Positions 22,505 to 36,070 of a stretch of DNA of 64,000 bases are shown here, piece after piece. Source of the stretch: Paragordius varius (Eukaryota; Animalia; Nematomorpha). Within the stretch, counting starts at the first letter, position 1, and every line of letters begins with the position of its first letter. The notes beneath the pieces were generated by a model. The model was given only the letters and a program-made list of their open reading frames with translations. It had not been told where the DNA came from and did not search any database. The position numbers were made by a program, and so were the translations under genes. The stretch lies in NCBI GenBank assembly GCA_964247055.1, contig OZ176050.1, positions 12,958,001 through 13,022,000 on the forward strand, written 5' to 3'.

Positions 22505-24988
22505 ATGGAAGCTTTGCGCAAAGAAATTGAAAACAAAAAGCGGCTATTAAAAGAGGCCCAAGCGGTAAAACTATTAAAACTTATTTTTAGACACAAAATA
22601 AGAAATATTTAAAAGTATCGGAAGTTGAGCAAATACTTGAAAATAAAATATCCGATCCCGAAAAATGCCATGAAACTATGAAAAATGATATTAATGGAGA
22701 TAAAAATAGGGACATTCGTGGTTTAGAACCATCAACAAATAAACCAACAATCGATGAAACAGAATTACTAAATATTCCTTCCAGAAAAGAAGTTGTATCA
22801 ATGTTACGCGAACGAAACCAACCCATTAGGTAAATAAAATTTATCTTGCTAAATTTATTTTAAATTAAATTTATCATTTTTTTTTAATGCAAAACTTATC
22901 GTGAAAAATTTTAAGAAACAAGCGAAATATATCACTATTTATTAGTAAAATAATTATCGCACTTTAACCCTAAATAAAAATATTATAAATAACTCATATA
23001 TCTTAAGATATATAATTGACGATGTTTATATTCATAATATGCAGACTCTTTGGCGAGACAGATTATCAATCTTATCAACGGCTTAAACGAGTCGAATTAA
23101 TTCAACCGGATGCGGAAAAGGTTTGCAAATATTTTTTAATATTTATTTGTAATATACAGTAAAAAATGAAAGATAATAAAACGTCAAAACTAAAATATTT
23201 TAATTGGAAAAACAATACATTTTAATTTAACCAAATGATTAAAATTTAGATATAATTGAGTGTATAATTAATTTATATCTTTATTCTTTATTTTGCAAAA
23301 CGATAGGTTGTATTTAAAAAATTATGGCGGTCCTTATAAAAAATATTTTAGTTTTTACATTTTGTGTTTATATTTACAATTGCATGCAGGGCTTTCGCAA
23401 TGATTTTCAACAAGTCTTGGAAAAGATTGATCAACAAAATGCGCTTGTTGATACAAATTTGCTTGCCAATAATAACTTGGATACCGGATTATCTGGAACG
23501 AATTCAAAATCATTTTTGGATCCCGCGGGATTAACACAAAAAGCCAGACTTGCTGCATTGAGTGATGTTAAAATTGCTGAAGATACAACCACTATCGATG
23601 ACATTTTGGTATCCTTTACTACTTTTTTTACACCCTAACATTTTACTAAATGATGAAAATTTGTAATAAATTTTGTTTCTATAGCTTTTTCCTCATAGTT
23701 TTATATATATTTTATCTTTTTAGCGACTCACGAAAGAGCTGGGTAAAGGCGATTACGATTTGGAATGCTCAATTATCCTGAAATATTTAAAGGTTTTTTT
23801 TCTGAATTTGTTCTCTATTACAACGTTTTTATAAATTTAGGTGTTTTTTTTGGTTTAATCAGACACTTGACCCATTTCATTTTAGATTAAAATGATTTTT
23901 AAAATAAAGCACTGGGTTTACTAATTTAAGAACGAATTTAAACCGATTATGAAAAGCGGGTTTCGCCTTAATGGTCTAGGTAAAAATCTGTTTTATTCCA
24001 AAAAATCTATATATTAAACATTTTGTTAACATAAACAGCGAATAGTATCTCAGGGGCAATTTTTTATTTTTTACCTTTTATATACTTGAGACATTTTGAC
24101 AATTATATATATACCATTTACAGTTCAAATTCACCCTTGAACAATTCAAATTCACCCTAAAAATAAATTATGTGTTTTCGAACTAATATAACTCATTATT
24201 TATATAAAATATATCTTTATGGCATAATTTATTATTTTTTCAGTATTATTTTAATTTAAAACAAAATTTTATTTTTTAAAAAATATATTAAAATATAGGT
24301 AATTTTTAATCTTAAAAAACATGTTATTTATTGGAGGGTGAATTTGAATTGTTCGAGGGTGAATTTAAATTGTTCGAGGGTGAATTTGAATTGTTCGAGG
24401 GTGAATTTGAATTGTTTAAGGGTGAATTTGAACTGTAAATGATATACATAATTAAAAAAAAATTTCAATTTTTATAAAAAAAACATGTGTAGTTTATTAT
24501 CAAATGTTGGGGTTGGGACCTGAATGGTAGACCATCAGCCGAGAAACTTACAATGAAAGGAAGGCTCGAATCCGCAACATACACACAAACTCGAAACTAC
24601 CTTAAACCACTAATGGCACGGTTAAAAGCACGTACACTCCAAACTGATATCCTGGAAAGTATGACAGAAATTGTGAAATTTGCCCTAGCCCGAGAATATA
24701 TAAAGGTAGTAAATAAGGATATTTCATTCAAAATTGAGAGATTAGTTTTTTTTAGTATAGAAACTAACACGTTTCAGCCTTGTTTTTACAAATGTGAATT
24801 TATAGTGACTTTGTGAGTTGCAAATTTTCATTTTTTGGGTAGTGAGTTTGTGAGTATTGGTTCAACTATTGGCATTAAAGCTTTTATCACAACATTAAAA
24901 ATTAAATGATGTATTAATTGATATAAAAATTAAATGATGTATTTATTGTTATAAAAATTATTTATTTAACTAATTGGAAAAATTTGCA

Positions 24989-25026
<38 letters not shown>

Positions 25027-26787
25027 ATTTTATTTTGGTAAACGTTAGTAACATTTTTTGATGGAAAAATAATTATAACAACACCCGTCGCACAATTTTG
25101 ATTAAGCATATATAGAAAAAAGTTTGGCCATATCAATAATATAAATTTAACAATGTGTAGTTACTTTTTTTGGATAACATACCGGATTAATTTACACAAT
25201 TATCATAGTAATCTATATATTTATAAAAATGGAAAATGCTGGCTTTGTGATCTGGTACAGGAAAACCGGTAGACCCAATCAAATCCAAATATCGAAAAAA
25301 TATAATCATTAATGAATGCCCCGAGCTTCGCCCTTTTTTTGAATTAGGCCCCCAGTTCGGGCCTCCGTGTAAAAAAAGGGTCATTTTGAAAAGAGAAGTC
25401 CACAAAAATCGTGTCTTTGAGACAATTTTCCGGAGAACGTGTTGGACCATTCAATTTTAAATATGATTTTTGTTTACTTATTTTCGATTGCGCTGAACAT
25501 AGCCGAGCCACTTTTTTGATTTAGGCCCTCTTTTTACCCGCTCCCCCCGTGAAATGCCACCTTTTTCAAAAAACAAAGTCCACAAAAATAATTTTTTAAA
25601 TCGATTTTTCTCCCTAGGTATGAGACCGTAAAAATTCAATAAAGATTCCACGTATTCCCTGTTAAAAGGCAAAAATTTTAGTCTACCGTTTATTTGATGA
25701 TAGCTGCTGGGTAAGGAGCTACCCGCTAAAAACTGATTTTCCATATAACTTTGTGATCTGTTTCCGGAAAACCGGTGAACCCAATCAAATTTAAACATCG
25801 AAAAAATTTAATCATTAATGAATGCCCCGACAATAGCTTCGCCCTTTTTTGGAATTAGGTCCCCAGTTCGGGCCCACCCCGTGTGAAAAATGGGATAAGT
25901 CAATTTTGGAGAACCTGTTGGACCATTCAATTTCAAATATGATTTTTGTTTACTTATTTTCGATTGCGCCGAACATAGTCGAGTCAATTTTTTGATTTAG
26001 GCCCTCTTTTTACCCGCTCCCCCCGTAAAATGCCATTTTTTTTCAAAAAAAACAAAGTCCACAAAAATATTTTTTTGATTGTATTTTTTTGCCCAAGGTA
26101 TGAGACTGTAAAAATTCGAGAAGGATTTTTCGTAATGCCTGTTAAAAGGCAAAAATTTTAGTCAGGCGTTTCTTTGATGATAGCTGCTGAGTAAGGAGTA
26201 TCTATCATATGTATAGCATGTTATTCGACCCCCCCCCCCTCAGAAGTCCGAAGGACTTCCTCGGGCTGCGTAGCAGCACGAGATTTACGCTAGTAATGAA
26301 AATAAAATTTTACTAAATATAAAATCATAAATGGTTTGTAAATGTTTTTGGTAAATTTTAATTCAAAATACAACAAAAAAATTAAATTTATTCTTTTTTG
26401 GGCATCTAGCTAGTCACATCTCTTGATCTGAAAATTAAACCGCTACCAATATTACAAATAAATTTTTACCGTTAAATTCTACCAATTTTACAAATGGAAA
26501 AAATTGGTGAATTTATAATGATCTTAATCGAGTCTTTTCATTTTACATGCATTATTCCATTTTAGGCAAACGAAGCATACATGCAAATGGCTATAGGAAA
26601 TGCCCCTTGGCCCATTGGAGTAACTATGCCTGGCATCCATGTTAGGACAGGGAGAGAAAGGATTGCTTCACGACATGTTGCACATGTCCTTAATGATGAA
26701 ACGCAACGCAAATTTGTACAAGGACTAAAACGAATCCTTACAGCAAATCAAAAACTCTTCCCCACAGACCCGTCAAAATGTGCTTGA
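22505..26787 (+). CDS. PRPF18: Pre-mRNA splicing factor PRP18, ~365 aa, 7 exons
   Basis: Exons 22505-22564, 22591-22829, 23045-23120, 23390-23608, 23724-23792, 24493-24705, 26566-26787. Contains [13 protein letters not shown] (PRP4-like motif) and [16 protein letters not shown]...[17 protein letters not shown]...FPTDPSKC (Prp18 domain). Confidence 0.95.
24114..24442. mobile_element. MITE family B copy in a PRP18 intron
   Basis: TA|CCATTTACAG ... CTGTAAATGA|TA; four right-side subrepeats. Confidence 0.85.
24993..25022. repeat. (TA)n microsatellite
   Basis: Direct inspection; similar runs near 27291-27312, 58170-58200 and 62880-62908. Confidence 0.8.
25212..26200 (+). mobile_element. Truncated Helitron 5' portion with internal head-to-tail duplication (PRP18 intron 6)
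   Basis: A|TCTATATATTTATAAAAATGGAAAATGC start; the ~500-bp 5' segment recurs from ~25750; homologous to 16144-16650. Confidence 0.8.
26201..26293 (+). mobile_element. 93-bp mini-Helitron
   Basis: A|TCTATC ... GCTGC-GTA-GCAGC hairpin, 12 nt, CTAG|T; also an internal perfect hairpin GAAGTCC-GAA-GGACTTC. Confidence 0.65.
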
Positions 26788-27312
26788 AATATTTTGAAAT
26801 GTTAAAAAAAGTATTTAATATATGAGTATGATGTGTTTTTGGGTTCGATCTCATTTGGATGAGAATGAAATATTATGTATGCAGAAAAATAAATGTACAG
26901 ATATCTTGTATTGAGTAAACGGTGATATTATATTTTTATCTTTACTCTAACTATGAGCAAGAATATCGTTTTTCAAATTAATTGAAATGTGGCCCGTCTT
27001 TTATATCTTGAAAAATGCTCGATATAAAACATCTATAAAATATTATTGAAACCTTTGTACATACAATGGCCGTAAAAATTTGTATCCTCTCGGATAAATT
27101 TATCTTCAAATGTAAGATAAATCACATATTTTATGGAAAAAAAATGGATGAACTTTGCAATAAAAAGCCGATCGCATATTAGGAGGAAATTTTTTTATAA
27201 TAATCTAATATATTTTATAAAGTTTTCAGCATATTATTCTAAAATACTTCAAGAAATATTTTGCTGAAATATATATTAGTAATGTTCTACAATATATATA
27301 TATATATATATA

Positions 27313-29287
27313 CTAGCTGGCTCTGTCACGCTTCGCTGTGACGTAGTCTCACCGATATTTGTTCTAAATAATTTGAAACAAATAGAGGTAATGGAGATAA
27401 AAATAATAAAAACATATGTAATTTAAAAATGTCTTTAATTATTCTTTTACGGGTTTTTGGATAGGCTCAAATATTGTTTACTTGAAATTGACCATAAAAA
27501 TGTCCCAGTTAATATTCAACTACCATTGGATTTTTTTCTGGTTTTCGTTTTACAAAATCATAATTAAAGTTTATATTAACATTGTGATCAGCTGGGATCA
27601 AGGGATATAAAAAGTAAATCATTTGGGTCCTTTTTAAAGGAAAGAATGATATTATACAAATTCCCCAGAAATGTGTTTAATTGAACTCGTATGGCTATTA
27701 GCTCCAAAACCACGCCATTTTTGTATGGCGTCAGTTTTAAACCGGTAGACCCCTACCTTTAGACCTATGTAGAAAAAACGCTGAGTTATATTCTTTGCCT
27801 TTATAGGGCAAATATTTGGAATCATATTTGATACCATCGATGAGTTATTTGAAAAAATACCTAACACTAATTATCGTTATATGATGGCGTATTTTTAGGG
27901 CATAAAGGCCCCGAATTAACGGCTTAAAAAACGCCGGAACTTTTTTACCTAGTTAAGGGGTGATATCTCAAGCTTTTATTGAGCTCATATGGTTTCATAA
28001 ATTTTCTGTAAATTAGCTCCAAAACAACTTTTGGCGGGTATCTTCTAACCGAGGGGCAGATGTAAAAAAGTGTTGGGCAAAATTTTTGCCTGTATATGGG
28101 GAACATCTGGAATTATCATTGATTCCATATGTTCCTATTAGACTCATAGGTTTTCTGAAATTTGGCTTCCAAGGCATGCTGTATTGATATGGTACGCAGT
28201 TTTACGCGGGTAGCCCCTTAACCAAGGGCGAAACAAAAAAAACGCTCGATTAAAATTGTTGTTTGGTTAATACCTGGAAAAATGATCGACTCCATATGGT
28301 GGTATTTTCGAAAAATTGCCTCAAAACCAAAAAGTCATTCTATGGCACATTTTTTAGGCCAAGGACCTAATTAAGGGGTAATTTCATAAAACAGCTCCAC
28401 TTGAATTTTTACCTTTTACGGATACTATTTCAGGCCCTTATTAAAGTTATATGGCCTGATATTTCTAAATTTTGGCTCCAAAGTCACGCTCTATCGATAT
28501 GGTGGCAAAGTTGTAGGGGGTAGCTCCCTATTCAGAGGCCAATATAAATAAGAGTTCGATAAAAAATTTTGTTTTTATAGGGGAATACCTCGAATCATCA
28601 TTCATACCATATGTTCTTTATAGTTTTTGGAAGAATGGCTTCAAAACTAAATAGTAGTTCAATGATAGCGCATTTTTACGGAGTAAAGAACCTAATTAAC
28701 GACGTATTTTAGAAAATCGTGCGACCTAAATTTTTGCCCTTTTACGGGTAATATTTCAAGCACCTATTGTACTCATATGGCCTGATAGGTTTTCTAAAAT
28801 TTAGCATTAAAGTCACACTAACAGTTTTTAGCAGGTATCTTCTTACCCAGCAGCCAATATAACAAACGCACAACTAAAATTTTTGCCTTTTAACAGGGAA
28901 TATCTGGAATCCTCATTAAATTTTTACGGTCTCATACCTTGGGCAAAAAATAGATTTTTAAAAAAAACGGCATTTTACAGGGGGGGCGGGTAAAAAGAGG
29001 GATAAAATTTAAAAAGCGAGCACCCTGTTTGGCGTAATCGAAAAAATGTAAATAAAAATAATATTTGAAATCGAATACTCCGGAAAATTGTCTCAACTCG
29101 ATTTTTATGGACTTGTGTTTTCAAAACCCGCTTTCATGGGGTGGGCCCAAACTGGGGGCCTAATTCAAAAAAGGGGCGAAGCTATTGTCGGGGCATTCAT
29201 TAATTATTATATTTTTTCGACATTTGGATTTGAATGGGTCTACCGGTTTTCCGGGAACAGACAGCATTTCCATTTTTATAATATAGA
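27313..29287 (-). mobile_element. Non-autonomous Helitron (same family as 16144-18541)
   Basis: On the minus strand: A|TCTATATTATAAAAATGG ... GTCACAGC-GAA-GCGTGAC hairpin ... CTAG|T; abuts a (TA)n run; same internal array. Confidence 0.88.
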
Positions 29288-29752
29288 TTACACTAAATGA
29301 ATATTCTCATAGCATATTCTCAGCTTTTTGACTATAAACAATATAACGGCTTATAAAAAAATACAAGTCCAAGAAGTAAATAAGTAAGTATTACTTATAT
29401 ACCTATGTGCTCATGCTTATTGCTTTCTTTACTTATGATTACATTATTTATATATTTATTCATCACAAGTGTGCTCCTTGTAGACTTTCTAATGAAGTAT
29501 GAGATAATTAATATTTTGAGTTTCTGATTCTCTAAATTAAAGAATTTAAGGTCATGTTTATTTTACAGATAATATAGCTTTGAGTAATATTGCGTAATTC
29601 TGTCGATATAAAACTGAGTCTGCCCTAAATCCTAACGCGTTTAAAATCCAAAGCTTTTTAGAAGAATTTTTAATAGAACAATCGCCTTAAAAGTTAAAGA
29701 AACCAAATTAAATTCGGCCTAACGAATAATTGTTAATATACACAAATTTTAA

Positions 29753-30306
29753 CACTTGGATACAACACACTCATTTTAGTCCTTCGATTGAAATTGGGGT
29801 AGTTGGATACCCCAGGCCTGTTTAAAATCAAACACTTTAAGTATGGAAGGAATCGAAACCATGGCAAAATTTGCACTTATACAACATTAATAAACCAAAA
29901 TATAAAAAAATTATTCAAAAATACTTGATATTACTTATTTTAAGCTAAAACCGAAAGGTAAAAATTTCGTCAACGTGACATGTGTGAAATGGTAAATTTG
30001 AAAAATAATACAAAATAAACCGCTTTTTCTATTTCTATCAATGTTAGTAATTTAAATAAAATATTAGCTTTAATTTTACCCTTAAAATTAGAAGACGATA
30101 TTTTGCAAAAACTTTGTAAAAAAATGGCGTCGAAGTAGTTTGACATGGAACTTTTTTTTCAAAACAAAATTTTTTTAAGATATTTTGGCATATAATTAAT
30201 ATTAGGATAGAAGCATAATTTTAAATTGGGACCGTTTCCATCAGTAGTTTTTTAAAAATATTTAAATTTAGTCTGGGGTATTTAGATACCCAATTTGAAT
30301 CGAAGT
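29753..30306. mobile_element. Non-autonomous piggyBac-type element
   Basis: TTAA|CACTTGGATAC left end with subterminal IR; right end GAATCGAAGT slightly eroded; colinear with 34379-34960. Confidence 0.75.
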
Positions 30307-32379
30307 AAATCTCTTGAAAAAATACCCCAAAAGATTATAAAGTGTTAAAAAAGATAAATTTCAATTAAACTGATTTTCCTGTAATGTTTTAAAAATCAAT
30401 TTAAATATGGTCCAGTGTCACTAATAACCCCAATTATAATCGTAGTGTTAATGAATGTAAGAATCATTTAACTATATACAAAAGTGCTTGTATAATATCT
30501 CAAACTGTTTTTACACTGTTACTTCCATGGTTCAAAACATAATAATCACGCCTGAACAAAGTTTTGATATAAATTAATTTTTTTTGCATAGATGCATTAT
30601 TTTATTAATTATTTTATGGTCATAATATAGCATCTATTTTCCAGCAAAAATTTGTTGTTTATGCGTTTATTTTAAAAAATCTACCCCATTTTAGATGGTC
30701 GGCATTAGATACTTTTGGTTACACATAAAATTTAAACTTATTTAAAATTATATATTGTTTATAGCCATGGTTTGTGTTTTTATTTAGCAATATTTTTTGG
30801 GTTGAGTCGTTAAGCTTTCATCAAAAAATATTATTTATCATTAGCGCAAATTTTGCGATTTTCTGATAACAATGCAAATAAGCTTCTTAAATCACTTGAA
30901 GGTCAAATATATCACGAGTGTCTATGATATATCTTGTAATGTATTTTAAGGGTCGTTTTATGGGTAAAATATAAATTTTTAAACTATGAAAAATAATTAT
31001 AATTAATGCAGCTGATTAAACTTATATAAGAAATGCTCAAGCATGTTAGTTTAATTTTTTTACCGTGCCGAAACACTTCTTTTGGAACCTTATTTAGGAA
31101 TTCAAAATTTGTTGAATCGGGAAATATTATTAATCAAAAATATAAAGCTAAAAATATAGTTTCTTATATGGATCATCACTATATTGATTATGGTTTTAAA
31201 TTTTATTGTGTGTGTAAACGAAGGCCAAACAAGTAGATAATTATTTTTAAATTGAAGGCATAGTAATCATGTTTTTTTAGAAGACCTTGAAATATCGACC
31301 AAATTTTTAGGCTCTGAAAATTACACTTCTCTTTTAGAATCCGAAGGACATTTATAGTTTTTTTAAATTATTGAATCAGTTATTAAATACAATTATTGTG
31401 AATTCAAACATTACCTTTTTCGTCTTTTTTAATGTTTTTAATAAAAATCAAGTTCAATGGGTCTCTTTACAATATGTTAAAAACATACCAGGACCGGAGT
31501 CGCTAAATGTCTGAAACAAAGCGACGGTAAAACATTCTCATTGCTCGATATTTAGAGTTTGTTACCAGTTCTTTGGTTTTTATAAAAATATCAGCCGTTA
31601 ATTATATACCATGTTAAAATTAATATTAACGATAGAAATGTACATAATTTTAGTGATTCTATTGTAAAAATAAATAACGGATTTTAAAATCTATGTCACT
31701 TTCGAATATTAAAATTAAATAATAGATTTTAACACAGCTGATTAGGGTCAGAATTGTAACCACCTCAATCGAACCAATATAGTTTTAGTAGAAATCAGTC
31801 CCGATTGGTTTTAAGCCAGTTGGTAAAAACTTTTTAAATCCATTCTCATTCCACTTTTTCAAAGAGATATTTAATTAATTTTTGATTCGAAATTCTGAGA
31901 AGAAAGTAATCTTTAGCGACTATTTCACATTTTTTAATTTTTATCTAATTATATGTGCTAGAAAATCTGAGAATATGATTCAAGTACGGTATGCTTTTCC
32001 CAAAAATAAATTTATGTCAAAATCTGGTAAATATTTAAAATATTATCGGTTAATCCCGGAGTTTTGAGTTTTTTTAAAGAAACTTGTTGGAAAAGCCGTC
32101 ATTTAAGAAGTAATTTTATATAAAAAATCCGCAAAATTGGCATATTGTATATAAATAATTTTTTTGTAAAACCTAAAGAGTTGACTCCAAACCAAAATAG
32201 TTTGTTATTATATATGATGAAGTATATTTAAAAACCCAAACCTTTTTATATTAAATATTAAGTTCTGTTTGAATCTAATCTATATATTTTCAAAAAAGAT
32301 GCTGGCTTTGAGACAAATCATATATAGGCCAATAATATTTATTTACCATAGTCGAGCGATATTTTTAATTAGCACCTTT

Positions 32380-33110
32380 AACTGCTCTGGTAAAATGCCA
32401 CTTTTTGCAGTAAAAATTTTTAAACTAATGTTATCCCAAGTTATTAGATTGTATAATATCCTTCAGGTATTCTTTCTATATAGATAAAAATTTATGCGCT
32501 TTGTTTAATTAACCGCTGGTATGGCTCTACCACCTTAAAAATGCGCGACCATAGATATTAATTACCTTCGAAGCCTTTTTTTAAAAACCAATTAGTGAAA
32601 TAAATATTGGTCATAGGTATTCCGCGTATTAAGGCAAAATTGTGTTGGCACGCGTTTTAAGTAGCCGCTGGATAACTGCATATTCCAAAAATGCGCTACC
32701 ATGTAAAAAATAGTATGGCTTAAGGCACGTTATTGAAAAATAGGGATAAAATATAAATGATTTCAAATATATCCCGTATTACAACACAAATTTTCGAGCG
32801 CTCTTTTTAGCCTTTGGGCAGAGCGCTAACTGCTTTACAACGAGTCACCATATAAATAAGCTGACTTGAAAAATTATGATACCATTTAATTCAATAATTT
32901 GGGTATCTGCATAAAAGAAGAATTTTTGGCTAAGTGCTTTTAAATAGAGCACGAGGTAAGGCTCCATCCTTTCTAAAATACAATAACGTATAATAATACC
33001 CTGACTCAACAGTTTTAATAAAGAGAATTAATATTTATATGCGCTTTACATAAAAGAGCCAATTTTTTGAATTGTCCGCCGTATTTAGTCCCCCCCCCCC
33101 CCCCCCCCCG
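32380..33110. repeat. Older, diverged copy of the Helitron-internal tandem array
   Basis: Recurring degenerate motifs (AAGGCAAAATT, TAGCCGCTGG, AAAAATGCGC.ACCAT) resemble the units at 16.6-18.1 kb; termini not defined. Confidence 0.4.
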
Positions 33111-33379
33111 TAAAATCCGATATTTGGAAAAATTTTAGGTTAAACCACTTATATGAGAAAATGCTTTATTTATGGTCCAAGTAGTCCTTTAATAGAGTCC
33201 CAGCCGATCTAAAACGCGATGAATTATAAATCATTGTAACTAACTCACAACGCGTATCCCGACCAATTTGCTAGTATCTTTTAAAATATGGATGTATCAA
33301 TCAATTTCAATAGTATTTACCAGGTGTAGACATAAGTCACAGTTTATTTGGTAATTCAGAAACACCTGCGTAATATATA

Positions 33380-33676
33380 CATTTACAGTTCCAATTCACT
33401 CTTAAACAATTCAAATTCTGCCTTGAACAATAAAAATTGATCTTTGAACAATTCAAATTCACCCTAAAATAAATTATGTGTTTTTAAAATTAAAAATTAC
33501 CTATATTTTTTTATATTTAAAAAAAAATTACGTTTAAAATTAACATAATACTGAAAAAATAATAAACTATGCCATAAGATTTTATTTTTTATTAATAATG
33601 AGTTATAATAGGCCCCAAAACACATAATTTATTTTTAGGGTCGAATTGTTCAAGGGTGATTTTGAATTGTAAATGG
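33380..33676. mobile_element. MITE family B copy
   Basis: TA|CATTTACAG ... TGTAAATGG|TA. Confidence 0.8.
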
Positions 33677-33699
33677 TATATGAATACAACCAAAACCGA

Positions 33700-35110
33700 T
33701 TGTCTTTTGCGGCTATACAGCAACCTATTTACAATGTTTTCGAAATTAAATCCTGTTCTGTGAGGGTCTGCCCCTATTGATGCTATAGTAAGAGGGTGCC
33801 GAACCAGTTCGAAAGAATTTTTCATTGAAACGCCTAGTGTCCTTCACTGGTTTTGCTGTGGTGCATTGTCATGTTTGCCATGTCTTCTGGCCCATTAAAG
33901 GCATTTTTTGATTAATGCACGGTTTAATTAATCAATTGTTGGGAGTGGCTTTGTCTATTTTTAGGGTTCCAAAGTTCACAATCTATAACCGCTCTGGTTC
34001 CACCAAAAAATGGTTTTCCTGCCATATTTATTTGGCTTTTTTAATAATGGACCGTCTTGGCAAGGTAAAATCAAGATTTTTTTTCACAAAACAAAGCCAC
34101 ATCTCATCACCTAACGTAATCCGATGCAAAAATGATTTACGCTCATGACGTTCAAGTCACTTTCTATTTGACATTAATTAAAACTGTTTGGGATCCATTT
34201 ACCAAGTTTTGAACTAACGCATTGTTTGTAGACATCTACTGATGGTTTTTTATAAACATGTACTTCTGATAATTCCTGTTGAGTAGAGTTCCGTCATTAT
34301 CCAATAACTCTTGCTCTTGATTGTCTTCGCAGTTGTATGATCTACCAAAGTGCCCAAACTCTTTCACATTTAAATTAACACTTGGATACAACACCTCATT
34401 TTAGTCCTTCGATTCAAATTGGGGTAGTTGGATACCCCAGGCCTGTTTAAAATCAAATACTTTAAAAGGTATCGAGGGAATCGAAACCCTGGCAAAATTT
34501 TGCACTTATATAACATTAATAAACCGAAATATATAAAAAAAATTCATTCAAAAATACTTGATATTATTTATTTTAAGCAAAAACCAAAAGGCAAAAATTT
34601 CGTCAACGTGACATGTGTCAAATTGTAAAATTAAAAAATAATACAAAATAAACCACTTTGTCTATTTCTATCAATGTTAGATGTAATTAACATAAAAAAT
34701 TAGCTTTAGTTTTACCCTTAAAATTAATTGAAGACGATATTTTGCAAAAATTTTGTAAAATAAAAATGGCGTCCAAGTAGTTTCAGATGGAACTTTTTTT
34801 TCAAAACAAAATTTTATTTAGATATTTTGCTATATTTATGTAATTTTTATCAGGATAGAAGCATAAATTTAAATTGGGACCGTTTCCTTCAATAGTTTTT
34901 TAAAAATATTAATTTAAATTTAGTCTGGCGTATTTAGATACCCCAATTTGAATCGAAGTGTTAAATTTTATTTTTGAAATCCATTTCGACCTCTTATATG
35001 GCGAAGGTTTCACCATATGTTTCCACCAGCAAAATTTTCAATAGCTTTTCTCTTCTGATGCAATAAGAGCACGTATTATAAATATCAGAACAGATTTTGA
35101 CATGATTGCA
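33700..35110 (-). pseudogene. Decayed mariner (Mos1-like) transposase, split by a piggyBac-type insertion
   Basis: Frameshifted fragments in the expected order: LLVETYGE, ELLDND..TQQELSE, KLGKWIP (WVPHEL), KSFLHRITLGDEMW (first catalytic D), HDNAP (second D), NSFELVRHP; many stops. Confidence 0.8.
34379..34960. mobile_element. Complete non-autonomous piggyBac-type element, 582 bp
   Basis: TTAA on both sides; TIR CACTT(G/C)GAT; asymmetric internal IR TTCGATTCAAATTGGGGTA / TACCCCAATTTGAATCGAA. Confidence 0.85.
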
Positions 35111-36070
35111 GAACTTTTTGCATGTTGTTTAATAACGGATAAAAAAATCGCGACTGTGTCGGATCGATTGACTGCGTACGTTTCGCTGGCGTGATCCCTT
35201 AGTACCGACAGTCATTACTAAAAGATCATTGTAAATAACATGATTTTTTTAGGTTACCGAAAGATAAAATATCTGGCAAGATTATATAATGGCATAAATG
35301 TAACAATCTTCTTTTATTGTCTTTTATGTATTCTTTAATTGCCCAGTGTCGACAAATGATATCCTGATGAGTATATATTGGATATGGGTTATATTATCAC
35401 TTTTGTAGTAATTGTTCCATATCAGAAGATGGCATTGCGCAAATTTTATTAAATAAACTTTTTTGGGAAAGTTACATCTATTCTAATAGATAATTACATG
35501 CAAAAAAAGTTATCAAAAACAATTAATTTTAGATGTGGGCTCCGAAAGTCCCACATTTTTGCTTCTAAAATGTAGTTCTCTGAGAATAAAATACCGGAAT
35601 TAGCTATGAATTTCTTAAAAGATGCTATATCATGGCATAAAAAATATATAAATAAAAAAATGCATACTTTTATAAATAATATATATGAAAATTTTATAAA
35701 CCGTATTTTTATTGTATTTTAGATGATAAAACAGTTAAAATACTCCTAGATATATGATAATAAATATATGGTTTAAAATTTTAGTGAAAACAACTTTAGA
35801 TATTATCCGCTGAGAAAAATACACCAATATATGCATAAAAAATTTATTATATATTTAAGTTAAATTTTTTTGATAATAAATGATAATAATGACAATCATG
35901 ATATTGACACTGATATTATCTGAATAAAAAATTGTTATGGTAAAATAATATATTTAAAAACTTTCATCATTTAAACAATATTTAATTTGATTATTATAAT
36001 AAATATAACATTTGTACCATTTTTTTGTCCATTTACCATATGTAATTCGACACGATTTTTCGCTACCAAA

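Noticed and set aside
29300-29620. Splice-like signals (GTAAGT, CACAAG, GTATGA, TTTTACAG) suggesting tiny exons
   Set aside because: Could not assemble an ORF longer than a few codons; such signals are expected by chance in AT-rich DNA.
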